Below are positions 8,754 to 18,430 of a DNA stretch of 32,824 bases, piece by piece (positions within the stretch are counted from its first letter, which is position 1; every line of letters starts with the position of its first letter). The position numbers and the translations under genes are program-made. The notes under the pieces were generated by a model. The model did no database searches, was not told the DNA's origin, and was given only the letters and a program-made list of their open reading frames with translations. Origin of the DNA: Bacillota bacterium (GTDB lineage: Bacteria; Bacillota; Desulfotomaculia; Desulfotomaculales; JAJYZD01); assembly GCA_021800315.1 (NCBI GenBank), contig JAJYZD010000003.1, positions 1 to 32,824 on the forward strand, given 5' to 3'.

Positions 8754-11123
8754 ATGCTGGCCTTTGGTAAGCCCGGTCTCGTACCGAACTGGTCATCGTC
8801 CAAGAAAACCTGTATAGGAACGGCAATAGAAAGCAATTCACGAGTATGGTTTACAGTAGCCGACGGGATACTCACCGAGGTATTCTATCCCCGTATAGAT
8901 CAAGCCAATATAAAAGACTTTCAATTTATAGTTACTGAAACCAAAAGGAAACTTTTTTTAGAGGAGAAAAATGCTTTTCATCAAATCGAATACATAGATC
9001 AGCAGCATTTTTCCCCAGCGTACCGCATTATCAGCACAGATAAGGATAATTATTATCAATTAACAAAGTCCCTAATCACTAATCCGGAAAACGATTCCTT
9101 GCTTATGCAGGTGGAATTCAAACCATTGGTTGATGGTGAGTTTCACCTTTATGGCCTACTGGCACCTCACCTTGAAAATAATAGTCATCCCAATTCCGGT
9201 CATTTAAATCAGCACAGGGGAAGGCCTATGCTGGTCGGGTGGAGCGGGCAAACCTTCCTGTCGCTGGCTTTTTCCGCACCGGTACTCAATCGCTCCTGCG
9301 GTTATGTCGGTTTCTCGGATGGCTGGCAGGATTTGCGGTCCCATAACCGGATGGAGTGGATCTTTGACGAGGCAACCGACGGGAATATAGCGCTTACTGC
9401 TGAAATTGACCTAACTCAGAAATCGCCATTTGTTGTTGTATTAGCATTCAGTACCACTGAAAAAGGAGCCATGCACACTGCCCAAAGCACATTAAATAGG
9501 GGATTTGCCAATACCCTTCACGCTTATGTGAAATCATGGGGTCATTACCTTTCGCGGCTTGACCCGGCACTGGCCAATCGCGAATGCAAGATCAGCGCAG
9601 TTGTTCTTCGTACCCATGAAGACAAAACATTTTCCGGGGGAATGGTAGCTTCCCTTTCGATACCATGGGGAGAGTCCGCCTATGGTAATAATATTGGCGG
9701 TTACCACCTGGTCTGGCCCCGGGACTTATGCCAGTCTGCGCTGGGTCTAATCGCCTTGGGCGATATCGAAAGCGCCATGCGGGCGCTGAATTACCTGGCC
9801 ACCATTCAGAAGGAGGATGGTAGTTGGCCCCAAAATTGCTGGCTGGATGGTAGCCCTTACTGGGAGGGAGTCCAGCTTGATGAAACGGCTTACCCCATAA
9901 TTTTGGCCTTTCGGCTCCTTAAACCCGCTGCCATCAACGTGGAGGCAATATATCGCCGGATGGTGCGGGCAGCCGCCATTTATCTAACCCGTAGCGGACC
10001 GGTCACCCCGGAGGATCGCTGGGAGGAGGACAAGGGCTATTCACCTTCTACCCTGGCTGTGTGCATATCCGCTCTCACGGTGGCCGGTGAAATGGCACTT
10101 CAATCCGGGGACCTTGGGTGCGCGACTTATTTTCAGGAGGTTGCCGATTATTGGTGGAGCATGTTGGACAGTTGGACTTATACCACCAACGGAAGACTCA
10201 TGGCCGGGCATACCAGCTATTACGAAAGAATCGATGCTGTTTACCACGGTAGTGAGGAAACAGACGGGAACCCGAACAAGGGATATATACCAATTAAGAA
10301 TCTCCCGCCTAATTATGCGTCCTTATACCCTAAATACAATATTATCGACGGCGGTTTTATCGACCTTGTCCGGTTTGGTTTAAAAAGGCCCGACGACCCT
10401 CACATATTAAATAGTCTCGTCGTATATGACGCCATGCTCAAAACCGACACACCTTTTGGCCCCGTTTGGCACCGCTACAACCATGATGGCTATGGGGAAA
10501 CAAGCGATGGCTCACCCTACCAGGGTTCGGGACAGGGAAGGGGATGGCCCCTTCTTACCGGGGAAAGAGGCCAATTGGAGATAGCGGCAGGTCGATCCGC
10601 CAAGATATTTTTGGACTTTATGGAAAAGTGCGCCCAAGAATCCGGGTTGATACCAGAACAGGTATGGGACCAGTCCGACCTACCGGAAAAGAACCTCTTT
10701 CTTGGAAGAGCCACCGGATCGGCAAGACCCCTTGTTTGGGCCCACGCCGAATACATCAAGCTTTACTGGGCCCAGAATAGCAAACGGGTTTTCGATCTAA
10801 TTGATCCGGTTTACAAAAGATATATCCTCAATCAGCCAACAGTAAATTTTGTTTTTTGGAAAAAAGAAAATAAGGTAAGAAGCATGCCGGCCTCTTATCG
10901 ATTGATGATTGAATCCAGGGAACACGGGGATATAACCTGGAGTACGGATGGGTGGCAAACCAGGAATACTCAGCCATTAAGTGATTATGGATGGGGCAGT
11001 TATTACGTTAAATTTGAGGCCAATAGCTTACCCCCCGATACAAAACTTGAATTCTCCTTTAACACCGCCCATGCCGATGACGAAACTTATGTCGTGAGTC
11101 TTACCCGTCTACGCTTCGCTTAG
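8754..11123 (+). CDS. Glycoside hydrolase family 15 (bacterial glucoamylase/glucodextranase type)
   Basis: N-terminal AFG.PG..P.W...K...VWFT...G.LTEVFYP domain. Motifs VASLSIPWG, GYHLVWPRDL, QLDETAYP, RWEE, RYNHDGYGE, WPLLTGERG, IPEQVWD, TGSARPLVWAHAEY. No signal peptide. Confidence 0.93.
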   Translation: MLAFGKPGLVPNWSSSKKTCIGTAIESNSRVWFTVADGILTEVFYPRIDQANIKDFQFIVTETKRKLFLEEKNAFHQIEYIDQQHFSPAYRIISTDKDNYYQLTKSLITNPENDSLLMQVEFKPLVDGEFHLYGLLAPHLENNSHPNSGHLNQHRGRPMLVGWSGQTFLSLAFSAPVLNRSCGYVGFSDGWQDLRSHNRMEWIFDEATDGNIALTAEIDLTQKSPFVVVLAFSTTEKGAMHTAQSTLNRGFANTLHAYVKSWGHYLSRLDPALANRECKISAVVLRTHEDKTFSGGMVASLSIPWGESAYGNNIGGYHLVWPRDLCQSALGLIALGDIESAMRALNYLATIQKEDGSWPQNCWLDGSPYWEGVQLDETAYPIILAFRLLKPAAINVEAIYRRMVRAAAIYLTRSGPVTPEDRWEEDKGYSPSTLAVCISALTVAGEMALQSGDLGCATYFQEVADYWWSMLDSWTYTTNGRLMAGHTSYYERIDAVYHGSEETDGNPNKGYIPIKNLPPNYASLYPKYNIIDGGFIDLVRFGLKRPDDPHILNSLVVYDAMLKTDTPFGPVWHRYNHDGYGETSDGSPYQGSGQGRGWPLLTGERGQLEIAAGRSAKIFLDFMEKCAQESGLIPEQVWDQSDLPEKNLFLGRATGSARPLVWAHAEYIKLYWAQNSKRVFDLIDPVYKRYILNQPTVNFVFWKKENKVRSMPASYRLMIESREHGDITWSTDGWQTRNTQPLSDYGWGSYYVKFEANSLPPDTKLEFSFNTAHADDETYVVSLTRLRFA

Positions 11124-11284
11124 AGGCGGGAGCCAACCCGGGGAGACGGTACGGCTGCTGTACGGGAACTCCCGTGGGCCCCCACCCCCATCCAGCATAC
11201 GAAGATAACGCTTGACGGCGCAAAGTTGCTACGGTTCGGCTGTCGGCAGAGGTTCATACGGGCATCCCATCGGAATCCACAAGG

Positions 11285-13336
11285 TCAGATCAGTCCGGCC
11301 ACTACCTGCATCAGGTCTAAAACGGGGATGTCGCTGGGATGACCCGGCTGCGTCCGGGCTAAATGCAGGCGTTCGAAGCAGGCCGGGCAGTCGATCAGTA
11401 GTTCATCGACACCCAGTTTGTCGGCGTCCAACATTACATTATTCGCCATATCAATGGACATTGGGGGATGGGCCCGCCTGATGCCGCCCCCGGCACCACA
11501 ACATTTCGCAAACCGGCCATGGTCAGGCATTTCCACCAACTCCAGACCGTGAACGTACTCCAGTACCTGCCGGGGCGGACGGATGACTTCGCGCGATCCC
11601 CGGGCCAGGTTGCACGGATCGTGGTAGGTCACCTTGCGCCTGTATTCCCGGGTGAGGACCAGCCTGCCTTGCGCCAGAGCCGGGGCCACCACCTCCGTAG
11701 TATGCACCACCTCGAACGCCAACTCCCGGCCAAGAAATACCGGCCAGTTGGGAACAATCATGTTCAGGCAACACGGGCAGGAGGTGACGAGACGCCGGAC
11801 TCCCCGCTTTTCCAAAGCCTCCACATTATGACGTACCAACTCTTCCACCAATTGATGCTCGCCGACGATCCACAGCGGGAAACCGCAGCACCACTCATCG
11901 TCCAAAATGGTAAACTCCACGCCTGCCGCCTGCAGGACCTTCACCGCTCCCGCCACCATCGGCCGGGCGGCGTAGGCTCCGGAGCAGCCCGCAAAAAAGG
12001 CCGTCCGGGCCTGCCTAAGCACCTTCACTTCCGGCGGAATAAAGGCCAGCCGGTCAGCATGCGGTTGGCCGTAGGGATTATTGGTCTGAAAGATGATGGT
12101 CCGTAAATCACGCTGCGGGCCCACGGGCCCACTTTCCAACTCAACCATCTTGTGCCGCAGCGCCGGCCACAGCCGCAGGCAATTGACGCCCACCGGACAG
12201 TGTTCCCCGCATACACCGCAAACGGTACATCGGTAAAGGGCGTCGGTGAGCCGGTCTATCTTACCTTTATCCAGGGACCGCTCCCCCCGAAGAAGGGCCC
12301 CCGCGCCGCGCTGAGACGCCAACAGGCCCTTGAAGAGGCTGATCTTCTCCGGTGGTGATATTTCCGGGGTGCCGCCGGCTTCCTGCACCGGGCAAAATTC
12401 GAGGCATTGTCCGCAGCGGGTGCAGGCATCAAGGGAAGCCAGGTTTAAAGTAGACAGCCCTTCCCATAGTTTTATCTGTCCCTTTCCGGTCCTGGAGGCC
12501 GGGAGCAGTTCCACCGCCGAGGCCGTTTTCCCGGCGCGGCTGTGGTCCAGCGACCCGGCATCCGTGGTCAGCGGCGCCACATATATATGGAACAACTTGG
12601 AGAACGGAATGTACGCGATCGTGCAAAGAGCCAGAAAAACGTGGAAAAACCACAAGTACTGATGCCATTCGCCGGCCGAGGCCGGGCCGGCCGTCAGGAA
12701 CAGCCGCCCGGCCCATGCTCCCGGCGTAGGCCAAAAAAGCTCGGGGGTAGCCGGACCCTGGGCAGCCATACGGCTGCCCTCGACCAGAAAACCCGTTCCC
12801 CCCACAAGGAAGAAAGTCAGCAGAATCCCCAGGTCTTCCGCCGCATTCACCCGCCGCCGGGCGGGCGTTAGGAAAAGGCGCCGCACCAGCATGCCCAGAA
12901 TCCCGAGGACAAAGGCCGCACCGGCCCAGTTCACGACCAGCTTATAGACATAAAAGACTTCCCCATGCAAAAAGGCCAGCCCGAAATCATGGCTGACCGC
13001 CAAAAGCAGGCTGGCGGTCAAAAGCAAAAGGAAGCCCCAAATCACCAGTATAAGGGCTATCCCCCGGAAAACGCTGTAGCGAAAAACGCGACGGGCTAAA
13101 AGGCAGTCCGCGGAGAAAAAACGGGAAAGGGACCAGACGACAAACCGCCAGCCTCTTCTACCACCGAAATCACCGGCGGCCGGCCTTCCGGACTGAAACC
13201 ATAACGAAACCCGTAGCCATACGCCCCAGGCTAATACCGCGAGCGCGAGGGCGGCAGCCAGGTAAAAAGCAACAATCACCGGACCTGAGACGCCGTAAAA
13301 GACCGGCCGGGCATAAGATGGTGCTAGGGGTTGCAA
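11285..13336 (-). CDS. Membrane-anchored heterodisulfide reductase-like fusion (NarI/HdrE-like membrane domain + 2x4Fe-4S + 2 CCG domains)
   Basis: Multiple TM helices with His residues (SHD, WHQ, FHV, YIPFSKLFH). Fe-S motifs CTRCGQCLEFCP and CTVCGVCGEHCP. CCG domains FAGC...WCCG...SCPCC and YHDPC...KCCGAGGG...DCPAC. Start is TTG 13336 after AAGGTG, or TTG 13354. Confidence 0.88.
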   Translation of the reverse strand: MQPLAPSYARPVFYGVSGPVIVAFYLAAALALAVLAWGVWLRVSLWFQSGRPAAGDFGGRRGWRFVVWSLSRFFSADCLLARRVFRYSVFRGIALILVIWGFLLLLTASLLLAVSHDFGLAFLHGEVFYVYKLVVNWAGAAFVLGILGMLVRRLFLTPARRRVNAAEDLGILLTFFLVGGTGFLVEGSRMAAQGPATPELFWPTPGAWAGRLFLTAGPASAGEWHQYLWFFHVFLALCTIAYIPFSKLFHIYVAPLTTDAGSLDHSRAGKTASAVELLPASRTGKGQIKLWEGLSTLNLASLDACTRCGQCLEFCPVQEAGGTPEISPPEKISLFKGLLASQRGAGALLRGERSLDKGKIDRLTDALYRCTVCGVCGEHCPVGVNCLRLWPALRHKMVELESGPVGPQRDLRTIIFQTNNPYGQPHADRLAFIPPEVKVLRQARTAFFAGCSGAYAARPMVAGAVKVLQAAGVEFTILDDEWCCGFPLWIVGEHQLVEELVRHNVEALEKRGVRRLVTSCPCCLNMIVPNWPVFLGRELAFEVVHTTEVVAPALAQGRLVLTREYRRKVTYHDPCNLARGSREVIRPPRQVLEYVHGLELVEMPDHGRFAKCCGAGGGIRRAHPPMSIDMANNVMLDADKLGVDELLIDCPACFERLHLARTQPGHPSDIPVLDLMQVVAGLI

Positions 13337-13432
13337 GTTTTCACCTTTTTTCAATCGCTGATTTTTTCCAACACGTACCTGAAAATACCCCTGCCCCTGT
13401 CACTTAACCCACGCCCCTGCCAGGTGCCGACT

Positions 13433-14215
13433 TTAAAGCGCCATACTCCCCGCTCGTCGCGGACCCTGCCCCGGCGGCGGGTCTTCCCGCGCAAACGGCC
13501 GCCTGGTTATCTTCCCGGTGTAGGGGCAAGCCAAAATACAAAGACCGCAAATGGCGCGTCCCGTCTTTTCCCGGTTCGCGGTCAAACGACCGGTACAGGC
13601 CTGCACGTCTATCTGCCCGGCCGGACCGGCGCTGGACCATTCCCGGTCCGGTATGGCCTGCACCGGGCAGCCGTCGACGCAGCGACGACACTTGCCGCAC
13701 CGTCCGGACCACAGCGGGGATTGGCAGACCGCGAGGGGGGCGTTGGTCAAAACGGTGGCCAAACTCAGGAGTGGTCCGTAGCGCTCGTTGATCAGCAGCC
13801 CGCTCTTCCCGACCCAGCCCAACCCGGCGCAGGTCGCCGCGGTTTTATGGGGGAAAAGAGGATAGATCCGGGCTATGAAGCGGGAATCCCGCCGTAGGGA
13901 ATCCGGGGGTATAGCCAGGGTCCTCCATCCCCGGCTCTTCAAATAGCGGACCAGCCAGCCCTGGACCCGTTCCAGCCGCTGGTCGACGTCCGCCATTTGA
14001 TTACAGTAAGCCGTTACGCCGCCGGAAGAAACCACGTTCCCGCCGCCGGAAGGATGGGCAACCGCCAGGGACACGGCTTTATCCAAATGCCGCAATTCCC
14101 CGGCCAGACCGCGGCTGACATCGCCATACCCTACCAGGGTGACCCCCAGGGACACCAACCGGTCGCTCAAATCCCGCTGCCAGTCCACGGGCATGACTTC
14201 GCCAGCCACTGTCAT
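13433..14215 (-). CDS. QueG/reductive-dehalogenase-like cobalamin and 4Fe-4S dicluster protein (short form)
   Basis: HKTAATCAGLGWVGKSGLLI...YGP....TVLT, then CGKCRRCVDGCP...C...CGLCILACP. Confidence 0.8.
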   Translation of the reverse strand: MTVAGEVMPVDWQRDLSDRLVSLGVTLVGYGDVSRGLAGELRHLDKAVSLAVAHPSGGGNVVSSGGVTAYCNQMADVDQRLERVQGWLVRYLKSRGWRTLAIPPDSLRRDSRFIARIYPLFPHKTAATCAGLGWVGKSGLLINERYGPLLSLATVLTNAPLAVCQSPLWSGRCGKCRRCVDGCPVQAIPDREWSSAGPAGQIDVQACTGRLTANREKTGRAICGLCILACPYTGKITRRPFAREDPPPGQGPRRAGSMAL

Positions 14216-14262
14216 CCGTCCCCTTTTACGGTTTTTCCGGCGGCTTTCCTCCGCCGGATCGC

Positions 14263-15315
14263 CTAAAGCGCTTTCCGGGCCCAGTTCGACGCCCCGTATT
14301 GTCTAACCGTATCCACCATAGTCCGGAGATTGGCCAGGGGAGCCGTCGGCCAGATATCACAGGATGGCCAGAGGGCGTCCACCCCCCCTGCCAGGCTGGC
14401 CAGCACCGCGGCCTCAACATCCTCCGGCCGGCCGTTCACCAGGATGTTATAGGCATCGATATTGCCGAACAGCAATGGTTCACGGCCGATTTTCTCCCTG
14501 GTCTTTTTCAGGTCGTTCTTAGGCTCCACGCTCAGCGCGTCCGCTCCGCATTCATTCATCAGGTCGATCACCAGGTTGGTATCCCCGCAAATGTGCAGGA
14601 TCCGGGGTGATGCCATCGCCTTAAAGATCCGGACCAGGTGCGGTTTAATCACCTGCCGGAAGCTGCGCGGACTGAGGATGTCCGCGGTCGCCCCCATTTC
14701 CCGGATGGTGATGTAGTCGGCGCCGGCTGCCCGGTAGGCCGCCGCCATGGTGATGATGACCCCGGAGAGGGTTTCCAGGAGGGCGTTGACCTTGGCCGGG
14801 CTCCGGGCGGTCAGCTTGAAGAGGTCGTTCAAGTCCATCAACTGTCCGGCCAGGGTGTACGGTCCAAGCAACCAACTGCCGACCGGGACCGTTGCCCCGA
14901 CATCCTTCTTCAGCAATCCGATGGCTTCCATTACCAGCGGAAAGCGGCCCCGCTCCGGGAGGTCGGCGGGAACCGTCACCTTTTCCATGTCTTCCGGCGA
15001 GTGAACTATTTTCGCCTTGATCGTCGGGTAGAGCACCTGGCCGACATCTTCGTAGGCATTCATGACGCAGCCCAGCGCCTCGGCTTCAACGCACATATCG
15101 AAAGGGACCACCGCGCACTCGTAGCCAAACAGGCGGTACGAACTGGCGGCCGCGTTGGCCATTTGCACCGGATCACCGTGGATGGCCGCGAACTTGTACC
15201 CATACTCGGCCAGACCGGCTGTAGTAACGTTTCCCATCCCGCTGTAACAGGCGATCCGATCGGTTTTCCGCCCGGCGAACAAGCCCAGCACCCTGTCCCT
15301 GCTGGAGACGCTCAT
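14263..15315 (-). CDS. MtaA/CmuA-family methylcobamide:thiol methyltransferase (UroD fold)
   Basis: VPFDMCVEAEALG, GPYTLAGQL, and Zn motif LHICG...PSCDI. GGAGG RBS. Confidence 0.9.
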   Translation of the reverse strand: MSVSSRDRVLGLFAGRKTDRIACYSGMGNVTTAGLAEYGYKFAAIHGDPVQMANAAASSYRLFGYECAVVPFDMCVEAEALGCVMNAYEDVGQVLYPTIKAKIVHSPEDMEKVTVPADLPERGRFPLVMEAIGLLKKDVGATVPVGSWLLGPYTLAGQLMDLNDLFKLTARSPAKVNALLETLSGVIITMAAAYRAAGADYITIREMGATADILSPRSFRQVIKPHLVRIFKAMASPRILHICGDTNLVIDLMNECGADALSVEPKNDLKKTREKIGREPLLFGNIDAYNILVNGRPEDVEAAVLASLAGGVDALWPSCDIWPTAPLANLRTMVDTVRQYGASNWARKAL

Positions 15316-15338
15316 GAAAACATCCTCCTTGTAGTCAA

Positions 15339-16298
15339 CTAATTTGTCGCTGCCGCCGGCGGCTCTTCCAACCGGGCCGCAAAATCGGGGAAGAATCTAC
15401 GGACGGGGTGGCCGGGGCCGGCCGGCAGCACTCCCGTTTCCCCGCCGGCCAGGGTCGTCAGCAGCATACTCGCCGTAGCCACCGCGGGCAGTATTTTCGG
15501 CAGGTTTATAATGGGACCGGTAAAAAGGAGATCGGTCCACAGGAAAGCGGCAACGGCCTGCCCGGCGGCGTTCATGGCGTTGAAACCCTCGGCGCCCCAC
15601 ATTTCGCGAGCCTCTTTCCACATGTAGGTGCCGTTCGAGGAAGCGACGCCCGCCGGCCAACCGAACTCCTCCTTCATCAACCGGCAGGCGAGGCAGGAAA
15701 AAGCCGTGGAAGGAAGGTTCATCGTAGCCGCATCCACCAGGATACTGGCAAAATCATCCTCCCCGATTATCTCCAGCATCTTGCGCAGTCCGCTCACTCT
15801 GCCCGCGGCTGTCTGATCCTCCTGGTTGAAGGCCTGCACCACGACGTGCCTGACGCCCAGTTCCTTCAGACGGGCTACCTGGCCCGCTATATCCTTGTCC
15901 CACGGCGTGATGCTGTTGTACAGCAGCCGGTCATGCACACCCAGCCCGGCTGCGTAGGCCGCCGCCTCCAGACGGGTCTTCTCCACCCATACGTCGATGC
16001 CGAAAGGCTGTTCCGAGACGCCGAGGAAAAAATCAATATAGGTTTTCATCTCGTCCAGCGAATTGGCCACCAATGCCACCAGGGCCCCAACGCCAGTTTG
16101 GGCGGACAACTCTTCCTGCCGCAGGATGTAATCCCGGGCCTTGACCCGGTCAAACTTCCTTTCCTTCCTGCTTTCCAGAATTCTGTCCCCGTTGTGGAAC
16201 ATCGACGAAACAACCAGCGGCGGATTTTCCCCGGGCTGCCCGCCGACCGCCCACGGACCGATGCGGCAAACCCTTTGCTCCCGGTTCAACTTAAACAC
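15339..16298 (-). CDS. MtrH/MtgA-like methylcorrinoid:tetrahydrofolate(pterin) methyltransferase
   Basis: Start GTG 16298 overlaps the upstream stop (GTGTTTAA). MFKLNREQRVCRIG...VGGQPGENP...RLLYNSI matches the MtrH-family N-terminus. Confidence 0.85.
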   Translation of the reverse strand: MFKLNREQRVCRIGPWAVGGQPGENPPLVVSSMFHNGDRILESRKERKFDRVKARDYILRQEELSAQTGVGALVALVANSLDEMKTYIDFFLGVSEQPFGIDVWVEKTRLEAAAYAAGLGVHDRLLYNSITPWDKDIAGQVARLKELGVRHVVVQAFNQEDQTAAGRVSGLRKMLEIIGEDDFASILVDAATMNLPSTAFSCLACRLMKEEFGWPAGVASSNGTYMWKEAREMWGAEGFNAMNAAGQAVAAFLWTDLLFTGPIINLPKILPAVATASMLLTTLAGGETGVLPAGPGHPVRRFFPDFAARLEEPPAAATN

Positions 16299-18276
16299 GT
16301 ACCGAGACCCCCTTTTCTTGCCACTTCGGTATCCTGTCCAAAACAGCCTGGATGTGGGGAAACCCGTCCCCGGCATGCGGAAAGGCCATCGCCGCGGCAA
16401 ACCTTTCCTGGAAGTCCGGCTCGACCGCCGTCTCGACAAACTCGACCGTTCCCGCAATCCGGACGGCCTCGCGGCGCTTCTCCACGTCGAACAGGGCCAG
16501 CCTGGCACCGTCACCGGCCGCGTTGCCCACGGGCATGACGTCCTCCAGGTCGCAGTCGGGAATCATCCCGATAACCATGGCGCTCTCCTTGTCGATATAG
16601 CTGCCGAAGGCGCCGGCCAGCGTAACACTGTTCACGGCGTCCACGCCCAGCTTTTCCATCAGGTAGCGCGCTCCCACGTACAAGGCGGCCTTGGCCAGTT
16701 GCACCGCCCGGACATCGCCCTGGGTGAAGGTGATATCGCGGCCGATGGATGTCTCCTGCGCCCACGCCAGCACGAATTCCGATTTCCCGTCCTCCCCCTT
16801 GCGTAGCCGGGGGGAAGCGATTTTCAGGTTGAAGCGGCCGCTTTTTTCCACGATCCCGCTCTTGAACAACTCAGCCATGACATCAATGATTCCGGAGCCG
16901 CAGAGTCCTTTGGCCTGCGGGTTGTTTACCCCGGGGTACCAGCCGTCCAGTCCGATCACTTTGTAGGAAACAGCCAGGGTTTCGGGATTGATACGCACCT
17001 TTTCGATGGCTCCCGGCGAGGCCCGCATACCGAACTTGATCTGGGCCCCCTCCAGGGCCGGGCCGGTCGCACAGGACGTACACAGAAGCCGCCGGGCGTT
17101 GCCGATGTCGATTTCACCGTTGGTGCCGATGTCGATGATCATGCGGATTTTTTCCGGTTCCTTGTATGGTTCTTCCGCTATAAGTACGCCTACGTTATCC
17201 GGCCCGACGAAGCCCGCTTCGACCGGCAGGGAATGCACGTTGGCGCCCCGGCACACCTTTATTCCCAGGTCCCGGGCCTTGATGTCCAGCGCGTTTTTGG
17301 TAGCCGCGGTAAACGGGGAGCGGCCCAGAAACCGTGGTTCGATGCCCAGGGCGATGTGCTGCATGGCCGTGTTGAATACCAGGGTTACCTCCAGGATATC
17401 ATCCGCCGTAAGGCCGGCCTTCCCCGCCAGGCGCCCGGCCAGGGTGTTCAGACCCTCGATGATGGCTCCGCGCATTTTCGCCAGGCCGTCGTCGTTCATC
17501 ATACCGTAGGTTATGCGGGAAAGCACGTCTTCGCCGTAGCGCACCTGCGGGTTCATCATGGAGTCGACGGCGAGCACCTGCCCGTTACGCAGGTCGCACA
17601 GGTAGGCGGCCACGGTGGTGGTGCCGATGTCCACGGCCAACCCCACGCAGTGCTCCACCAGACCGGGTTCCACCAGGATTATTTCCCGGCTGTTCCATAC
17701 GGTTACCGTAACCTTCCAGTCCCCTTCGCGGACGACGTCCGGCAGACAGGTCAATACCGAATAGTCCACGGCCAGGTCTTCCGGTACACCGTACTTGGCG
17801 GCCAGGGTCCGCCTGATCCGCTCGGCGTCACCGCGGTGATCATCCAGCGTGGCCGGCGTCATTTCAATGTAATACTTCCGGACGGCCGGGTTCAGGTTGA
17901 ACACGCGTTCCTTGCCGGTCTCCAGCACCACCTGCCTGGCTCCCCTGCTTTCCTCCGGCACGAAAACCAGGACGTCTCCCCGTACCGCGGCGCAGCAGGC
18001 CAGACGGTATCCTCCGGCCAGCTCTTCCTCCGTCAAAAATTCCCCTTCATCCCCGGCCAGGGGTGAAAGGTTCTCCATGCGCGAGTCGATACCGAATTTC
18101 TCGAAAAAACCCTCTTCAATCTTCACCTTGCACTTGCCGCATACCCGGGAGCCGCCGCAAACACTCTCGATATCCACGCCCAACTGCCGGGCCGCTTCCA
18201 AAACGGTAACCCCTTCCGGTACCTGGCCACGCCGGCCGGATGGCTGAAAAATCAAGGTCACTGAGGTCGATCCCAT
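16291..18276 (-). CDS. RACo/RamA-like ATP-dependent reductive activator of corrinoid proteins (2Fe-2S + ASKHA, DUF4445)
   Basis: CGGSRVCGKC...RLACC, AVDIGTTTV, NPQVRYGEDVLSRI, IDIGTNGEI, SCATGPALEG, GLCGSG, QLAKAA, LAGAFG, GNAAGDGA. Confidence 0.93.
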   Translation of the reverse strand: MGSTSVTLIFQPSGRRGQVPEGVTVLEAARQLGVDIESVCGGSRVCGKCKVKIEEGFFEKFGIDSRMENLSPLAGDEGEFLTEEELAGGYRLACCAAVRGDVLVFVPEESRGARQVVLETGKERVFNLNPAVRKYYIEMTPATLDDHRGDAERIRRTLAAKYGVPEDLAVDYSVLTCLPDVVREGDWKVTVTVWNSREIILVEPGLVEHCVGLAVDIGTTTVAAYLCDLRNGQVLAVDSMMNPQVRYGEDVLSRITYGMMNDDGLAKMRGAIIEGLNTLAGRLAGKAGLTADDILEVTLVFNTAMQHIALGIEPRFLGRSPFTAATKNALDIKARDLGIKVCRGANVHSLPVEAGFVGPDNVGVLIAEEPYKEPEKIRMIIDIGTNGEIDIGNARRLLCTSCATGPALEGAQIKFGMRASPGAIEKVRINPETLAVSYKVIGLDGWYPGVNNPQAKGLCGSGIIDVMAELFKSGIVEKSGRFNLKIASPRLRKGEDGKSEFVLAWAQETSIGRDITFTQGDVRAVQLAKAALYVGARYLMEKLGVDAVNSVTLAGAFGSYIDKESAMVIGMIPDCDLEDVMPVGNAAGDGARLALFDVEKRREAVRIAGTVEFVETAVEPDFQERFAAAMAFPHAGDGFPHIQAVLDRIPKWQEKGVSVRV

Positions 18277-18430
18277 ATTCCTTCTCCCCTTTGCGCTTGT
18301 GTGGACCCGGACAGACCGGCGGACGGCCTGGTGCCTTGTACATGTTGTTAACCCACAATGCTCAGCTGCTAAAGGATCCGCCGTGAACAGCCGACCACGC
18401 CGCCCAGTCGGAGGCAGCCGCCGGACTGCC

